Positions 40,424-50,166 of a DNA stretch of 64,000 nucleotides are shown piece by piece. Each line of letters starts with the position of its first letter. Position 1 is the first letter of the stretch. The translations under genes and the position numbers were made by a program. This DNA comes from Blastocatellia bacterium (GTDB taxonomy: Bacteria; Acidobacteriota; Blastocatellia; UBA7656), in NCBI GenBank assembly GCA_963765495.1, contig CAVXWP010000006.1, forward strand, positions 192,001-256,000, read 5' to 3'. The notes under the pieces were generated by a model. The model ran no database searches. It was not told the origin of the DNA and was given only the letters and a program-made list of their open reading frames with translations.

Positions 40424-43030
40424 TTACGATTTGCCGCGCTCAAGACCCAGCTTCTGCATTCTGTGCTGGAGTGTAGTTCGCTTCATTCCCAGCCGCGCGG
40501 CTGCGCCCTTTGAGCCGCCGACAACCCAGTTGGCCTCTTCCAGCGCACGCAGGATGTGTTGGCGCTCGGCGTCTCGGAGATCGGCGAGTCCAGTCACGGG
40601 GGCGGGCTCTGAAACTTTAAGGTCAGAGAGCGAGACCTCCAGATCAGAGCCTCTGGTGAGAATAACTGCACGTTCGATAAAGTGCTCAAGTTCGCGGACA
40701 TTGCCCGGCCAGGGGTAAGCAGTCAGCGCCGCCGTGGCTTCGAACGGGATCGCCGCGATCTGTTTCTTGAGGCGGCGGGCATATTTCTGTGTGAAGAACC
40801 GCGCGAGCACCGGGATGTCTTCGCGGCGGTCGCGTAAGGGTGGGATGGTGACCGGAAAGACGTTGAGCCGGTAATACAGATCGCTGCGATACTTTTTGTC
40901 GGCGACCATCTCTTCGAGGTCGGCGTTAGTGGCGGCGATCAAACGGACATCGACCTTCTGAGTGCGAGTGCTGCCGAGGCGTTCGAACTCCTGCTCTTGA
41001 AGGATGCGTAATAATTTAGGCTGCAACTCAAGAGGGATGTCGCCGACTTCATCGAGAAAGAGAGTGCCTTTGTTGGCGAGTTCGAAGCGCCCGATGCGCT
41101 GAGAGATAGCGCCTGTGAAAGCGCCTTTTTCGTGGCCGAAGAGTTCGCTTTCGAGCAGGCCGGTCGGGATTGCCGCGCAGTTGAGTTTAACCAGCGCGCG
41201 GTCGCGGCGCGCGCTCAAAGAGTGAATCGCGCGGGCGAGCAGTTCCTTTCCCGTGCCCGTCTCGCCGCGGATAAGGACGGTCGAATCGGTGGGCGCGACC
41301 GTCTCTACCTGTTTGAGGATGCGCTTGAACGACGGACTTGTGCCGATCAATTCCTCGAAGTTGTGTTCGGTGCGGATTTCGTCTTCGAGGTAGAGTTTCT
41401 CGCTGGCGAGTTTATTTTTGAGCTTCTGAATCTCACGAAACGCCAGGACGTTTTCGACAGCAATCGCGACCTGGTTGGCGACCTGGCAAAGCAGTTCGAC
41501 TTCATCTTCGGTGAAGTGAGCCTCATGAAGAGTGGCAAACCCGAGGGTGCCCAGCGTGCGGCCATGAGCGATGAGCGGGATCGCGCCGCCTGACCTAAAA
41601 CCGGCTTCCTGAAATCGTTTGGTGAAATCCGAGTTCAGGCGTTCGCCCTTATGCCGGTCGAGCAAAACCGGCTGCCCCGTCTTGAAGGCCAGACCGGGGG
41701 CGGAGCCTTCGAAGGGAATCGGTTGCCCTTCATCAATAAATTCCTGATCGGTAGGATTGGAGTATGCGCGCAACTGGTTGATTTCGGGATCAAAAAGGGC
41801 CAGCCCCACGGCATCGTAATGTGATACTTTGGCCAGACAGATCGGAATGATTTCCATAAGACTGCGCAGATCGAGATTCGAGACCACAGCGTTGTTGATT
41901 TCAAGCAGTAGTTGGAGCCGCTCGGACTGACGCGTGGCCTGCTGCTCAACCTTGCGCGCCCTCTCAAAGTTGAGCGCGTTGTCCACGGCGATGGCGATCT
42001 GGTTGGCGACCTGACACAGCAACTCCTTGTCGCCGTCGAAAAAGGCATTCTCCCGTTTGCTTGCGAAACTCAGTACCCCCAGCTTGCGGCCCTGAGCAAT
42101 CAGAGGGATGGTGCCGCCCGATCTGTAACCGTCTTCATAGATTCGCCTGAATACGTCGGAGGGGAATTGGTCTAAATCAAACCTGTCGAGTAAGACTGCT
42201 TGACCGGAGGTAAAGGCAAGGCCGCCGGGAGTATCTTCGAGCGGGATTGGGAGCCCTATCTCCCTGAGAGGGTTTCCGGGCGTGGCATCGGTCGCGATGG
42301 TGCGCAGTTGACCGCTTTCGTAATCGAACAGCGATACGGTGACGCTGTCAATCTCTATCTCTTCGCGGATGCTGGAAGAGATGATCTTTAGAAGTTCCGG
42401 CAGGTCCAGTTGCGAAACAACGGCGGTGGTGATCTTCAGCATCAGCCGGAGATGTTCGAGCCGGCGCTTGCTGTCGCTTTCCGTTGCGCGAGCATTCTCA
42501 AAGGCGATCACAGTCTCTACGGCCACGGCCACAATCATTGCTATCCGTCGCAGGAGTTCCTGATCGTCTTCGGTCCACGCATCTTCATACAGGCTACAGA
42601 ATTCGAGCGCGCCCATTTGCCTGCCCCCCGATGTGAGCGGGAGGAGATAGAGGGTTTTGATGTCGTTCTGGCGCAACCCGGCGACCTGCGGATAGCGGCC
42701 CTCATACGCGGCGAGGTCGGTAATAAGCAACGGCTGCCCGGTTTGCCGGACAAGGCCGGAAAGCGTCGCTTCGACCGGCAATTCGGTGCTGAGCCAATCT
42801 CTCGACAGAATAGATGATTTCGGAATATGCGTACGCATCAGGTTGCTTTTCCGATCATAGAGTACGACATTCATGCTTGAGAAACTGACTACCTGTTGTA
42901 ATCGTCCATTCAAATCTTGTAGCAACGAAGAGAGATCATGTTGAGCGGTGAATGATTCGACGATATCAAGCAGCGCCTGATACTGCCGGAGCCGGGTGTG
43001 GGGGAGTGAGTGTTGCGATCCAGCGTCCAT
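40424..43030 (-). CDS. sigma54-dependent transcriptional activator, FhlA-like, three GAF domains
   Basis: GETGTGKE, ELFGHEKGAFTGA, FLDEVG, WPGNVRELE, C-terminal HTH, and three repeated GAF segments (PLIAxGRxLG...QVANQxAIAV). Confidence 0.95.
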   Translation of the reverse strand: MDAGSQHSLPHTRLRQYQALLDIVESFTAQHDLSSLLQDLNGRLQQVVSFSSMNVVLYDRKSNLMRTHIPKSSILSRDWLSTELPVEATLSGLVRQTGQPLLITDLAAYEGRYPQVAGLRQNDIKTLYLLPLTSGGRQMGALEFCSLYEDAWTEDDQELLRRIAMIVAVAVETVIAFENARATESDSKRRLEHLRLMLKITTAVVSQLDLPELLKIISSSIREEIEIDSVTVSLFDYESGQLRTIATDATPGNPLREIGLPIPLEDTPGGLAFTSGQAVLLDRFDLDQFPSDVFRRIYEDGYRSGGTIPLIAQGRKLGVLSFASKRENAFFDGDKELLCQVANQIAIAVDNALNFERARKVEQQATRQSERLQLLLEINNAVVSNLDLRSLMEIIPICLAKVSHYDAVGLALFDPEINQLRAYSNPTDQEFIDEGQPIPFEGSAPGLAFKTGQPVLLDRHKGERLNSDFTKRFQEAGFRSGGAIPLIAHGRTLGTLGFATLHEAHFTEDEVELLCQVANQVAIAVENVLAFREIQKLKNKLASEKLYLEDEIRTEHNFEELIGTSPSFKRILKQVETVAPTDSTVLIRGETGTGKELLARAIHSLSARRDRALVKLNCAAIPTGLLESELFGHEKGAFTGAISQRIGRFELANKGTLFLDEVGDIPLELQPKLLRILQEQEFERLGSTRTQKVDVRLIAATNADLEEMVADKKYRSDLYYRLNVFPVTIPPLRDRREDIPVLARFFTQKYARRLKKQIAAIPFEATAALTAYPWPGNVRELEHFIERAVILTRGSDLEVSLSDLKVSEPAPVTGLADLRDAERQHILRALEEANWVVGGSKGAAARLGMKRTTLQHRMQKLGLERGKS

Positions 43031-43144
43031 AAGTTTTGCCGCCTGATTGGAGGTTTGGATACGGGGTCAGATTATAGCAGACCAGGGATTACTGACGAGG
43101 GCGTTGAAACATTTTTTCGCCAGCCTGATGATAGAACCGGCCAG

Positions 43145-43195
43145 CGCCAATATCTCAGCAATTTCGCCGACATATCGGCACCGTCGCTTCGGCAC
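43145..43195. promoter_or_regulatory. Candidate upstream activator sites
   Basis: Palindrome CGCCGA-CATA-TCGGCA (43165-43180), degenerate copy CGCCAATATCTCAGCA 20 bp upstream, and an extra TTCGGCAC downstream. Confidence 0.6.
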
Positions 43196-43289
43196 CTCTG
43201 CCCTCACGACCTTCTCAGTCTTGCCTTCAGGCAACGCAACCTCTTTCTTTTTAATAAGCTAGAGATTCGAGCCGCATTTTCACAGATCG

Positions 43290-43305
43290 TGGCAAGCCAG
43301 TTGCC
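43290..43305 (+). promoter_or_regulatory. sigma54 (-24/-12) promoter of the STAS-TolC-MFP-RND operon
   Basis: TGGCAA-GCCAG-TTGCC. Confidence 0.7.
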
Positions 43306-43337
43306 AGATCAAAGGCGTGTGGAGGTACAAAGCAGTG

Positions 43338-43649
43338 ATGCGTATCACTCAAAATCGAGAGCACTCAGGATGGCAGTTGTTTGTTGAAGGCATACTGTCT
43401 GGCGTCTGGGTCGATGAATTGGAAAAGTGCTGGCTTGAAGCGAAGGCTTTGCCGGGAGACGAACAGTTGAGAGTCGATTTGTCGGGGGTCAGTTACATCG
43501 ACGACAAGGGGCGCGAACTCCTCGCGCGGATGTTTCGAGACGGAGCCGAACTACGGGCAACCGGAGTAATGACAAAAGGAATTATCGAAGAGATCGCTGC
43601 TGACGAGACGACATCAGCAACAAACGGGGATTCAAAAGCGGGCCTATAA
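43338..43649 (+). CDS. Small STAS-like (anti-sigma antagonist-like) protein
   Basis: MRIT...VEGILSGVWVDELEKCW...VDLSGVSYIDDKGRELL. RBS GGAGG. Confidence 0.85.
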   Translation: MRITQNREHSGWQLFVEGILSGVWVDELEKCWLEAKALPGDEQLRVDLSGVSYIDDKGRELLARMFRDGAELRATGVMTKGIIEEIAADETTSATNGDSKAGL

Positions 43650-43782
43650 GGTCGCCGCGCCGAACGGACTGAACAAACTTTGAAGACCGCTCGCCCGGGT
43701 TGAACCCCGGAGCAGTTTCAAAACCATTGCAACAACATTTCGGCTTCGAGCGAGAGACGCGCCGGGCCTCGGAGATCAAACT

Positions 43783-45195
43783 ATGTCTACTCTCAAATAT
43801 CGCTTTATCTTTTTGGCAATCTTTGCCTGTCTGATCGGCCTCTCTCTTGAGGCGCAAGGCCAGGCGCAGGAAATACGCGGCGAGGAAATACGCGGCGAGG
43901 AAATACGCGGCGAGGAAACACGCAACGTCGAAGTGCTGACGCTTGAAGAGGCGATCAGCATTGCGATGCGGGACAATCCGGGCATCAAGAACGCGGCCCT
44001 CGATATCAGCAGGTCCGAAGAAGATTTCGCGGCATCGCGGACGCGACGGCTTCCGAGCTTTAGCTTTGAAGCCATCGGTTCACAGCAGCTAACGCCTATA
44101 AGTTTCACCTTCGAGCGCGGCGTGTTCGGTGACTATCCCGGGATCGGCCCTATTCCGGGGGATACCACAAAACTGAGCACGCCTATGCAGCCGACGGCGA
44201 TCTTTACGACGCGAATAACTCAGTCGTTGTCGCAGCTCTATAGAACCAATTTGAATCTGAAACAGCTAAAGCTGAAAGGCGAGATCGCGCAGGAGGAATT
44301 GCGGGCAAAGCAGCAACAGATCGCGCGCGATGTAAAACGCGCCTACTTTGCATTGCTCCAAACTCAGAGCGCGATTGCGTCCGCTACCGAAACCATAAGG
44401 ATGTACAAGGAACTGGATCGCGTGACCGGAGATTACGTCGCTCAACAGGTCGTGCTCAGGACCGAGAGTCTTGACGTGAGGTCGCGGCTTGCCAGATCGG
44501 AATACGACATCCTGACGCTTGTCGATCAGGTCTCGATTCAGAAGCAGCAACTCAATTCGCTGCTAGGCCGCGACGTGCTCACCGAGTTTTCCGTCTCCGG
44601 TGTGCCCGATGCGGATGGCTTCGAGGCCGACCTGACCGAAGCGCGCGCACGCGCTTTAGAGCAGCGCCCGGAAATTAGAGAAGCGCGCTTGCGAGTAAAG
44701 CAGGCGGAGGGTGACCGGCGCATAAAGAAGGCCGAGTACATCCCCGACGTCAGCGCCAGTTTTCAATACATCTCGACAGCCAACTTCAACGCCTTTATTC
44801 CGAAAAACTATATGAATGTCGGCATAACGGTCTCGTGGGAAATATTCGACTGGGGCCGCAAAAAACGCGAGCTTGCCGAAAAGGATTTAGCGACCAGCCA
44901 GGCGCGCAACGCGGTAACGGATGCCGAAAGAGCCGTTGTGATAGACGTAAATGAGAAGTTCAACAAGCTGCGACAGGCGCGGAAATTCCTGGCCGTCGTG
45001 CAGATGGATCGTGAAGCGGCGACAGAAAATGTTCGCGTACTGGCGAACCGCTACAAGGCGCAGATGTCGCTTCTTAAGGATGTTCTTCAAGCGCAGGCAC
45101 AACTCGAACAGGCTAACGACCAGGGGCGGCAGGCGCTGCTGAACTTCTGGACGGCGAAGGCCGAATTCGAGAATGCCATAGGAGAGGACCAATGA
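43783..45195 (+). CDS. TolC family outer membrane efflux protein
   Basis: LTLEEAI..A...NP, VKRAYF, ALEQRPE, FDWG, DVLQAQ. Confidence 0.92.
   Translation: MSTLKYRFIFLAIFACLIGLSLEAQGQAQEIRGEEIRGEEIRGEETRNVEVLTLEEAISIAMRDNPGIKNAALDISRSEEDFAASRTRRLPSFSFEAIGSQQLTPISFTFERGVFGDYPGIGPIPGDTTKLSTPMQPTAIFTTRITQSLSQLYRTNLNLKQLKLKGEIAQEELRAKQQQIARDVKRAYFALLQTQSAIASATETIRMYKELDRVTGDYVAQQVVLRTESLDVRSRLARSEYDILTLVDQVSIQKQQLNSLLGRDVLTEFSVSGVPDADGFEADLTEARARALEQRPEIREARLRVKQAEGDRRIKKAEYIPDVSASFQYISTANFNAFIPKNYMNVGITVSWEIFDWGRKKRELAEKDLATSQARNAVTDAERAVVIDVNEKFNKLRQARKFLAVVQMDREAATENVRVLANRYKAQMSLLKDVLQAQAQLEQANDQGRQALLNFWTAKAEFENAIGEDQ
43868..43923 (+). repeat. 15-bp in-frame tandem repeat (AGGAAATACGCGGCG x3.7) encoding EEIRG
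   Basis: Three perfect copies plus a partial one, right after the TolC signal peptide. Confidence 0.9.
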
Positions 45196-46403
45196 ATATC
45201 AAACCATCTATGATCATTTCTTTCACGCTCGCGTGCGCGCTTCTACAGGGCTGCACAAAGACCGCAAAGACCGGCGACACAGCACCCACACCAGTCAAGG
45301 TTGAATCGGTAGGGTCGTACTCGGCTCCGAACGGGGCGCGCTACTCGGCAAGCATAGTTCCCGGTTCGCAGGTAGAACTGTCGTTTAGTGTGGGGGGCTT
45401 CCTAGACAGGATTATGCAGGTGAAGGGCGTAGACGGACGTTTGCGCAACGTGCAGCAAGGCGATTCGGTAGCTCGCGGAGCGGTGCTTGCCAGAGTGCGC
45501 GCAAATGACTACGCCGTAAAAGTAGACCAGGCAAGCGGGCAGGTCGCGCAGATGCAGGCGACTCTCGCCAACATCACCCGGCAGATAGAAGAGGCGGAGA
45601 TCGCAGCCGAACGGGCACGGCTCGACTTCGAACGCGCACAGGCTTTGTTTGACTCTCAGAGCATGACAAAGTCGGAATACGACGCGGCAAAATCACAGTA
45701 CGACCTGAGCAAGGCGAAGATCTCAACCGCAAAGTCTCAACTCGCGGTCGTCAAGGCTCAGATCGCTGCCGCGCAGGCCGCTCAAACCGCCGCCACCATA
45801 ACCAGAGACGACACGCTTTTGAGAGCGCCGATCAACGGGTTGCTGCTCGAACGCTCGGTCGAAGTCGGAGAGCTGATCTCACCTGGCAAGGCCGCCTTTG
45901 TGCTTGCGGATACCTCGGTCGTAAAGGCGCAGTTCGGCGTGCCCGATCTCGACGTTCAGAACCTCCAGACCGGAAGCGCATTGACCGTGGCTCTCGATGC
46001 GTTGCCGGGGAGAGAGTTCACCGGGCAGATTACATCCATTTCGCCGTCGGCGGATCAGAAGACGCGATTGTTCGAGGTGGAGGTGTCGATACCCAACCCG
46101 GATCAGTTGCTCAAGGTTGGGATGATCGCATCGCTTTCGCTTGTGTCGGCTCCGAGCGCCGAGACCGTCCCGGTGGTTCCATTGAATGCAATCGTCAGGT
46201 CAAAGGACCAGCCCGATCAATACACCCTGTTTGTGGTCGAAGATCAGGACGGAAAACCGCGCGGGCGTTTGCGAACCGTGATGCTCGGCGATGCCTTCGG
46301 CAATCGCGTAGCGGTGAAATCGGGTGTGAATGTAGGCGACCGAGTCATCACTTCCGGCAGCGCCCGTCTCGTAGACGGCGAAGCCGTACAGGTGATTCCC
46401 TGA
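45192..46403 (+). CDS. RND efflux periplasmic adaptor (MFP), lipoprotein
   Basis: Lipobox LQGC, LSFSVGG, LRAPING, ADQKTRLFEVEV, LKVGM. Confidence 0.93.
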   Translation: MNIKPSMIISFTLACALLQGCTKTAKTGDTAPTPVKVESVGSYSAPNGARYSASIVPGSQVELSFSVGGFLDRIMQVKGVDGRLRNVQQGDSVARGAVLARVRANDYAVKVDQASGQVAQMQATLANITRQIEEAEIAAERARLDFERAQALFDSQSMTKSEYDAAKSQYDLSKAKISTAKSQLAVVKAQIAAAQAAQTAATITRDDTLLRAPINGLLLERSVEVGELISPGKAAFVLADTSVVKAQFGVPDLDVQNLQTGSALTVALDALPGREFTGQITSISPSADQKTRLFEVEVSIPNPDQLLKVGMIASLSLVSAPSAETVPVVPLNAIVRSKDQPDQYTLFVVEDQDGKPRGRLRTVMLGDAFGNRVAVKSGVNVGDRVITSGSARLVDGEAVQVIP

Positions 46404-46453
46404 TAACCGGCGGGGCTGTGCGGCCCCACTAGAGTGATAGCGAGGAAAGCGCG

Positions 46454-49400
46454 ATGGCACACGAAAAGACCGACAATGAAATCATAAACAAGACCCACAA
46501 TACGGCGAGGTTCTTCGTCGAGGTTCGGCAGATCTCCTGGGTATTGCTGATCGGAGCGTTGTTGTGGGGATACTTCTCATATTTCAGCATGCCGCAACGC
46601 AAGGACCCGGAGGTCGCCGTGCGGCAGGCGGTGGCCATCACCAGTTGGCCGGGCGCAAGCGCCGAAAAGGTCGAACAACTGATCACAAAGAAGGTGGAAG
46701 AACAGATGGCGGCCAATGCGCTTGTGACCAAGATCGAGTCAATCTCGCGCACAAGCGTATCGGTCGTCTACCTTGAACTTGATGAGAAGAGCGCCCAGAG
46801 CGACCGGAGCAAACAGCTTGACGATGTCGCCTTTCGCCTAAACAGCATAAACGATCTGCCGGACAGCGCGGGCCCCATAAACTTTATCCGCGATTTTGGC
46901 GACACGGCGGCGTTGATGCTCACGATAGCGAGCCCGAAGGCCGGCGAAACCGATATCGCTCCACGCGCAAGCGCCGTTCAGAGCGCAATCGAGCGCGTCC
47001 GCGCGCAAGCGGCAGCCTCCGAGCAATCGGGCCGTTTCACAATAGTTGTGAATTTTCCTCCCTCGCTCGGCGCTCGCGTCGTCCATCCCGGGCTTGAGGC
47101 GTTTGCCGATTTCACCCGGGAAAAAGGATTCGCCCGCGACATCCGGCTGATCGAAGGCCCCGGGTTTCTGGGCCTGGACGGCGTGTCTGGTGATGATGAT
47201 GCGAAACTGCTCGGCTACATGCAGGAGTTTGTCAGCGAGCGAATGCAGTCATCGGGATTTCATCCCGACACCTGGGAACCGGCAATCATTCGTGATCCCA
47301 AAGACACGTATGCCCGCATTGCCGCGATAGCCGGTGACAAGTACACCTATCGCGAGCTTGACCAGTTCACAGACCTTATAGCCAAGACCCTCAAGACGCT
47401 CTCCGAGGTGTCAAAGGTCGAGCGTAAGGGGCTGCTTGATGAGAAGGTCTATCTGGTCTATTCGCAGGAGCGGCTGGCCTCTTACGGTCTGACGCTTTCG
47501 CAACTGCCGGACATTCTGAAGGCTCGCAACATCACCGTACCGGGCGGGCAAATCGACGTCCAGGGCAAGAATCTGACCATCGATCCGTCGGGCGAGTTCA
47601 AGTCTGAAAAAGAGATAGGCGATGTCGTTTTGACCTTCTCGCAGTCGGGCGCGCCCGTCCATCTGCGCGACCTGTTCGACATCTCGCGCGCATACGAAAG
47701 CCCCGCCCGCTATTTGAACTTCTACGACTGGAAAGATGAGCGGGGAGAGTGGCAACGCACCCGTGCGATCACCTTGTCGGTGCAGATGCGGTCGGGCGAG
47801 ATCATCGGCGAGTTCGGCAAGTCGGTCGATAAGGCGCTTGCGGGGTTGGGTTCGCAATTACCGGAAGACCTGACTATGGCGCGGACCAGCGACCAGCCCC
47901 GGCAGGTCGAAGAGAGCGTCGATCTGTTTATGGTCAGTCTGTACGAAGCGATCATTCTTGTAGTGCTGGTCTCGCTTGTCGGCTTCTGGGAGTGGCGGTC
48001 AGCGGCGCTTATGGCGCTTGCGATTCCGATTACGCTTGCGATGACCTTTGGGATGATGCATCTGCTTCAGATCGACCTGCAACAGATATCGATTGCCACG
48101 CTGATCATCGCGCTCGGGCTGCTTGTAGACGACCCCGTAGTCGCAGGCGATTCGATCAAACGCGAGCTTTCCGCCGGGCATCCTTCGCTCGTTGCGGCAT
48201 GGCTTGGACCGACAAAGCTTGCCAGCGCGATCATGTTTGCAACGATAACAAACATAGTCGCCTATCTGCCGTTTCTCACGCTGGGCGGCGATACGGGGGC
48301 GTTCCTCTACAGCATGCCGGTCGTCATCACCTGTTCGCTGGTCGCGTCGCGGCTGGCCTCGATGACGTTTTTACCTTTGCTCGGTTACTACATGATAAAG
48401 CCAAGGAAAGAGCCTTCAATCGAGGAGCGCCGGAAGAAAGGTTTTGCCGCGTGGTATTACCGAATAGGCACGGCGGCGATCAATCACCGCTGGAAAGTGC
48501 TCGCGGGTTCGCTTGTGTTCCTCGCGCTCGGCGTCTTCTTCATGAGCCAGCTAAAGAGTCAGTTTTTCCCAAAAGATCTCTCTTATCTGTCTTATGTAGA
48601 TGTATGGCTTCCCGAGGATGCGCCGCTTGAAGCGACAAACAAAGTAGCGGTTCATACCGAAGAAGTGATCCGCGACGTGATCAAAGAATACGGCGAGCAC
48701 CACGCGGAGAAGGACGGCAAACCGCACGATCTGCTGCGATCTTTGACCACGTTTGTCGGCGGCGGCGGGCCGAGGTTCTGGTTCTCGGTTTCGCCCGAGC
48801 AGCAGCAATTAAATTACGCGCAGATCATCATCGAGCTAACCGACAAGCACGAGACCGGGCATCTGATCGGGCCGTTGCAGGAGGCGCTTTCGGCAAGGAT
48901 TCCCGAGGCTCGCATAGACGTGCGCCAGCTTGAGTCGGGCAAGGCGGTCGGGCTGCCGGTATCTATTCGGATTTCCGGCGATGATATGACGACGCTCCGC
49001 GCAAAGGCGGAGCAGGTGATGGATATCTTTCGCGCTATACCTCAGGCGGCTCGACCGCGCGATGACTGGGGCGATGAGAGTTTCACGGTGAAGTTGCATA
49101 CGGACTCGGATCGAGCTAACCTGACCGGCATTACGAATCTGGATGTCGCGGCGGCTTCGGCCACGGCGCTGAGCGGTTATGCGATCACAAGCCTCCGTGA
49201 AGGTGACAAGCAGATTCCGATAGTCGCGGAGTTGCGCATGGAAGAGCGCGCCCGGCTTGACGACATAAACAATCTTTACGTCTATTCATCGAGCGGAACC
49301 CAGCGCGTGCCGCTCAGACAGGTGTCATCGGTCTCCTACCAGATGCAGACGGAGAAGCTAAGACGGCGGAACCAGTTTCGCACGATCACCGTCTCTTGTT

Positions 49401-50092
49401 CGCCAATCGAAGGCGTGCTCGCAAGCGAAGTGATGGCTCAGGCAAAGCCAAAACTCGATGAGTTTGCGAAGACTCTTCCGCCCGGCTACAGGATGGAAAT
49501 AGGCGGCGAGGAAGAATCGCAGGTCGAAGGGTTCCACGATCTGGCCATCGTGCTTGGCATCTCGGTTGCGGCGATCTTTCTGACGCTGGTATTTCAGTTC
49601 CGAAGCGCCGTCAAGCCCGTGATAGTCTTTGCGGCGGTGCCTTACGGTGCGGTTGGAGCGCTGGCTGTGTTGTGGTTGATGGGCTCGCCTTTCGGCTTCA
49701 TGGCCTTTCTAGGCATAGTCAGCCTGGTCGGGGTGATTGTCAGCCACATTATCGTTCTCTTCGACTTTATCGAGGAAAAGCACGCCGAAGGCGAGCCGTT
49801 GCGCGAGGCGTTGCTCGACGCCGGAATAATGCGGCTCAGACCCGTATTGATCACAGTCGGCGCGACGGTCATCGCGTTGTTCCCGCTCGCTTTGCACGGA
49901 GGCCCGCTCTGGGAACCGATGTGTTACGCGCAGATCGGAGGGCTCACCGCGGCAACATTTATCACGCTTTTGCTCGTGCCGGTGATCTATTCGATCTTCG
50001 TGCTCGACCTGAAACTGATAAAGTGGGACAGGCACGAAGAGAAAGCATCGGGTGAGGACGGCGAGCCACTATCAGCCCGCGCCGCCGGTTGA
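46454..50092 (+). CDS. RND efflux permease (AcrB/MdtB-like), 1212 aa
   Basis: WPGASAEKVEQ, ALGLLVDD, RLRPVLIT, TLLLVPVIY. Confidence 0.95.
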   Translation: MAHEKTDNEIINKTHNTARFFVEVRQISWVLLIGALLWGYFSYFSMPQRKDPEVAVRQAVAITSWPGASAEKVEQLITKKVEEQMAANALVTKIESISRTSVSVVYLELDEKSAQSDRSKQLDDVAFRLNSINDLPDSAGPINFIRDFGDTAALMLTIASPKAGETDIAPRASAVQSAIERVRAQAAASEQSGRFTIVVNFPPSLGARVVHPGLEAFADFTREKGFARDIRLIEGPGFLGLDGVSGDDDAKLLGYMQEFVSERMQSSGFHPDTWEPAIIRDPKDTYARIAAIAGDKYTYRELDQFTDLIAKTLKTLSEVSKVERKGLLDEKVYLVYSQERLASYGLTLSQLPDILKARNITVPGGQIDVQGKNLTIDPSGEFKSEKEIGDVVLTFSQSGAPVHLRDLFDISRAYESPARYLNFYDWKDERGEWQRTRAITLSVQMRSGEIIGEFGKSVDKALAGLGSQLPEDLTMARTSDQPRQVEESVDLFMVSLYEAIILVVLVSLVGFWEWRSAALMALAIPITLAMTFGMMHLLQIDLQQISIATLIIALGLLVDDPVVAGDSIKRELSAGHPSLVAAWLGPTKLASAIMFATITNIVAYLPFLTLGGDTGAFLYSMPVVITCSLVASRLASMTFLPLLGYYMIKPRKEPSIEERRKKGFAAWYYRIGTAAINHRWKVLAGSLVFLALGVFFMSQLKSQFFPKDLSYLSYVDVWLPEDAPLEATNKVAVHTEEVIRDVIKEYGEHHAEKDGKPHDLLRSLTTFVGGGGPRFWFSVSPEQQQLNYAQIIIELTDKHETGHLIGPLQEALSARIPEARIDVRQLESGKAVGLPVSIRISGDDMTTLRAKAEQVMDIFRAIPQAARPRDDWGDESFTVKLHTDSDRANLTGITNLDVAAASATALSGYAITSLREGDKQIPIVAELRMEERARLDDINNLYVYSSSGTQRVPLRQVSSVSYQMQTEKLRRRNQFRTITVSCSPIEGVLASEVMAQAKPKLDEFAKTLPPGYRMEIGGEEESQVEGFHDLAIVLGISVAAIFLTLVFQFRSAVKPVIVFAAVPYGAVGALAVLWLMGSPFGFMAFLGIVSLVGVIVSHIIVLFDFIEEKHAEGEPLREALLDAGIMRLRPVLITVGATVIALFPLALHGGPLWEPMCYAQIGGLTAATFITLLLVPVIYSIFVLDLKLIKWDRHEEKASGEDGEPLSARAAG

Positions 50093-50105
50093 GAGTGGGT
50101 GGGAA

Positions 50106-50166
50106 TTGAGATTTGAGATTTGAGATTTAAGGTCTCAGATTTCAAATCTCAAATCTCAGATTTCAA
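50106..50166. repeat. Heptamer palindrome (TTGAGAT)n...(ATCTCAA)n containing the MFS stop codon
   Basis: TTGAGAT x3 at 50106-50126. TCTCAGATTTCAAATCTCAAATCTCAGATTTCAA at 50133-50166. Confidence 0.9.

Noticed and set aside
43679-43724. Hairpin TTTGAAGACCGCTC...GAGCAGTTTCAAA with a CCGGGTTGAACCCCGG core, weakly similar to 38812-38828
   Set aside because: Only one good copy. It is adequately explained as an intra-operon mRNA stem, and a repeat family cannot be supported from this window.
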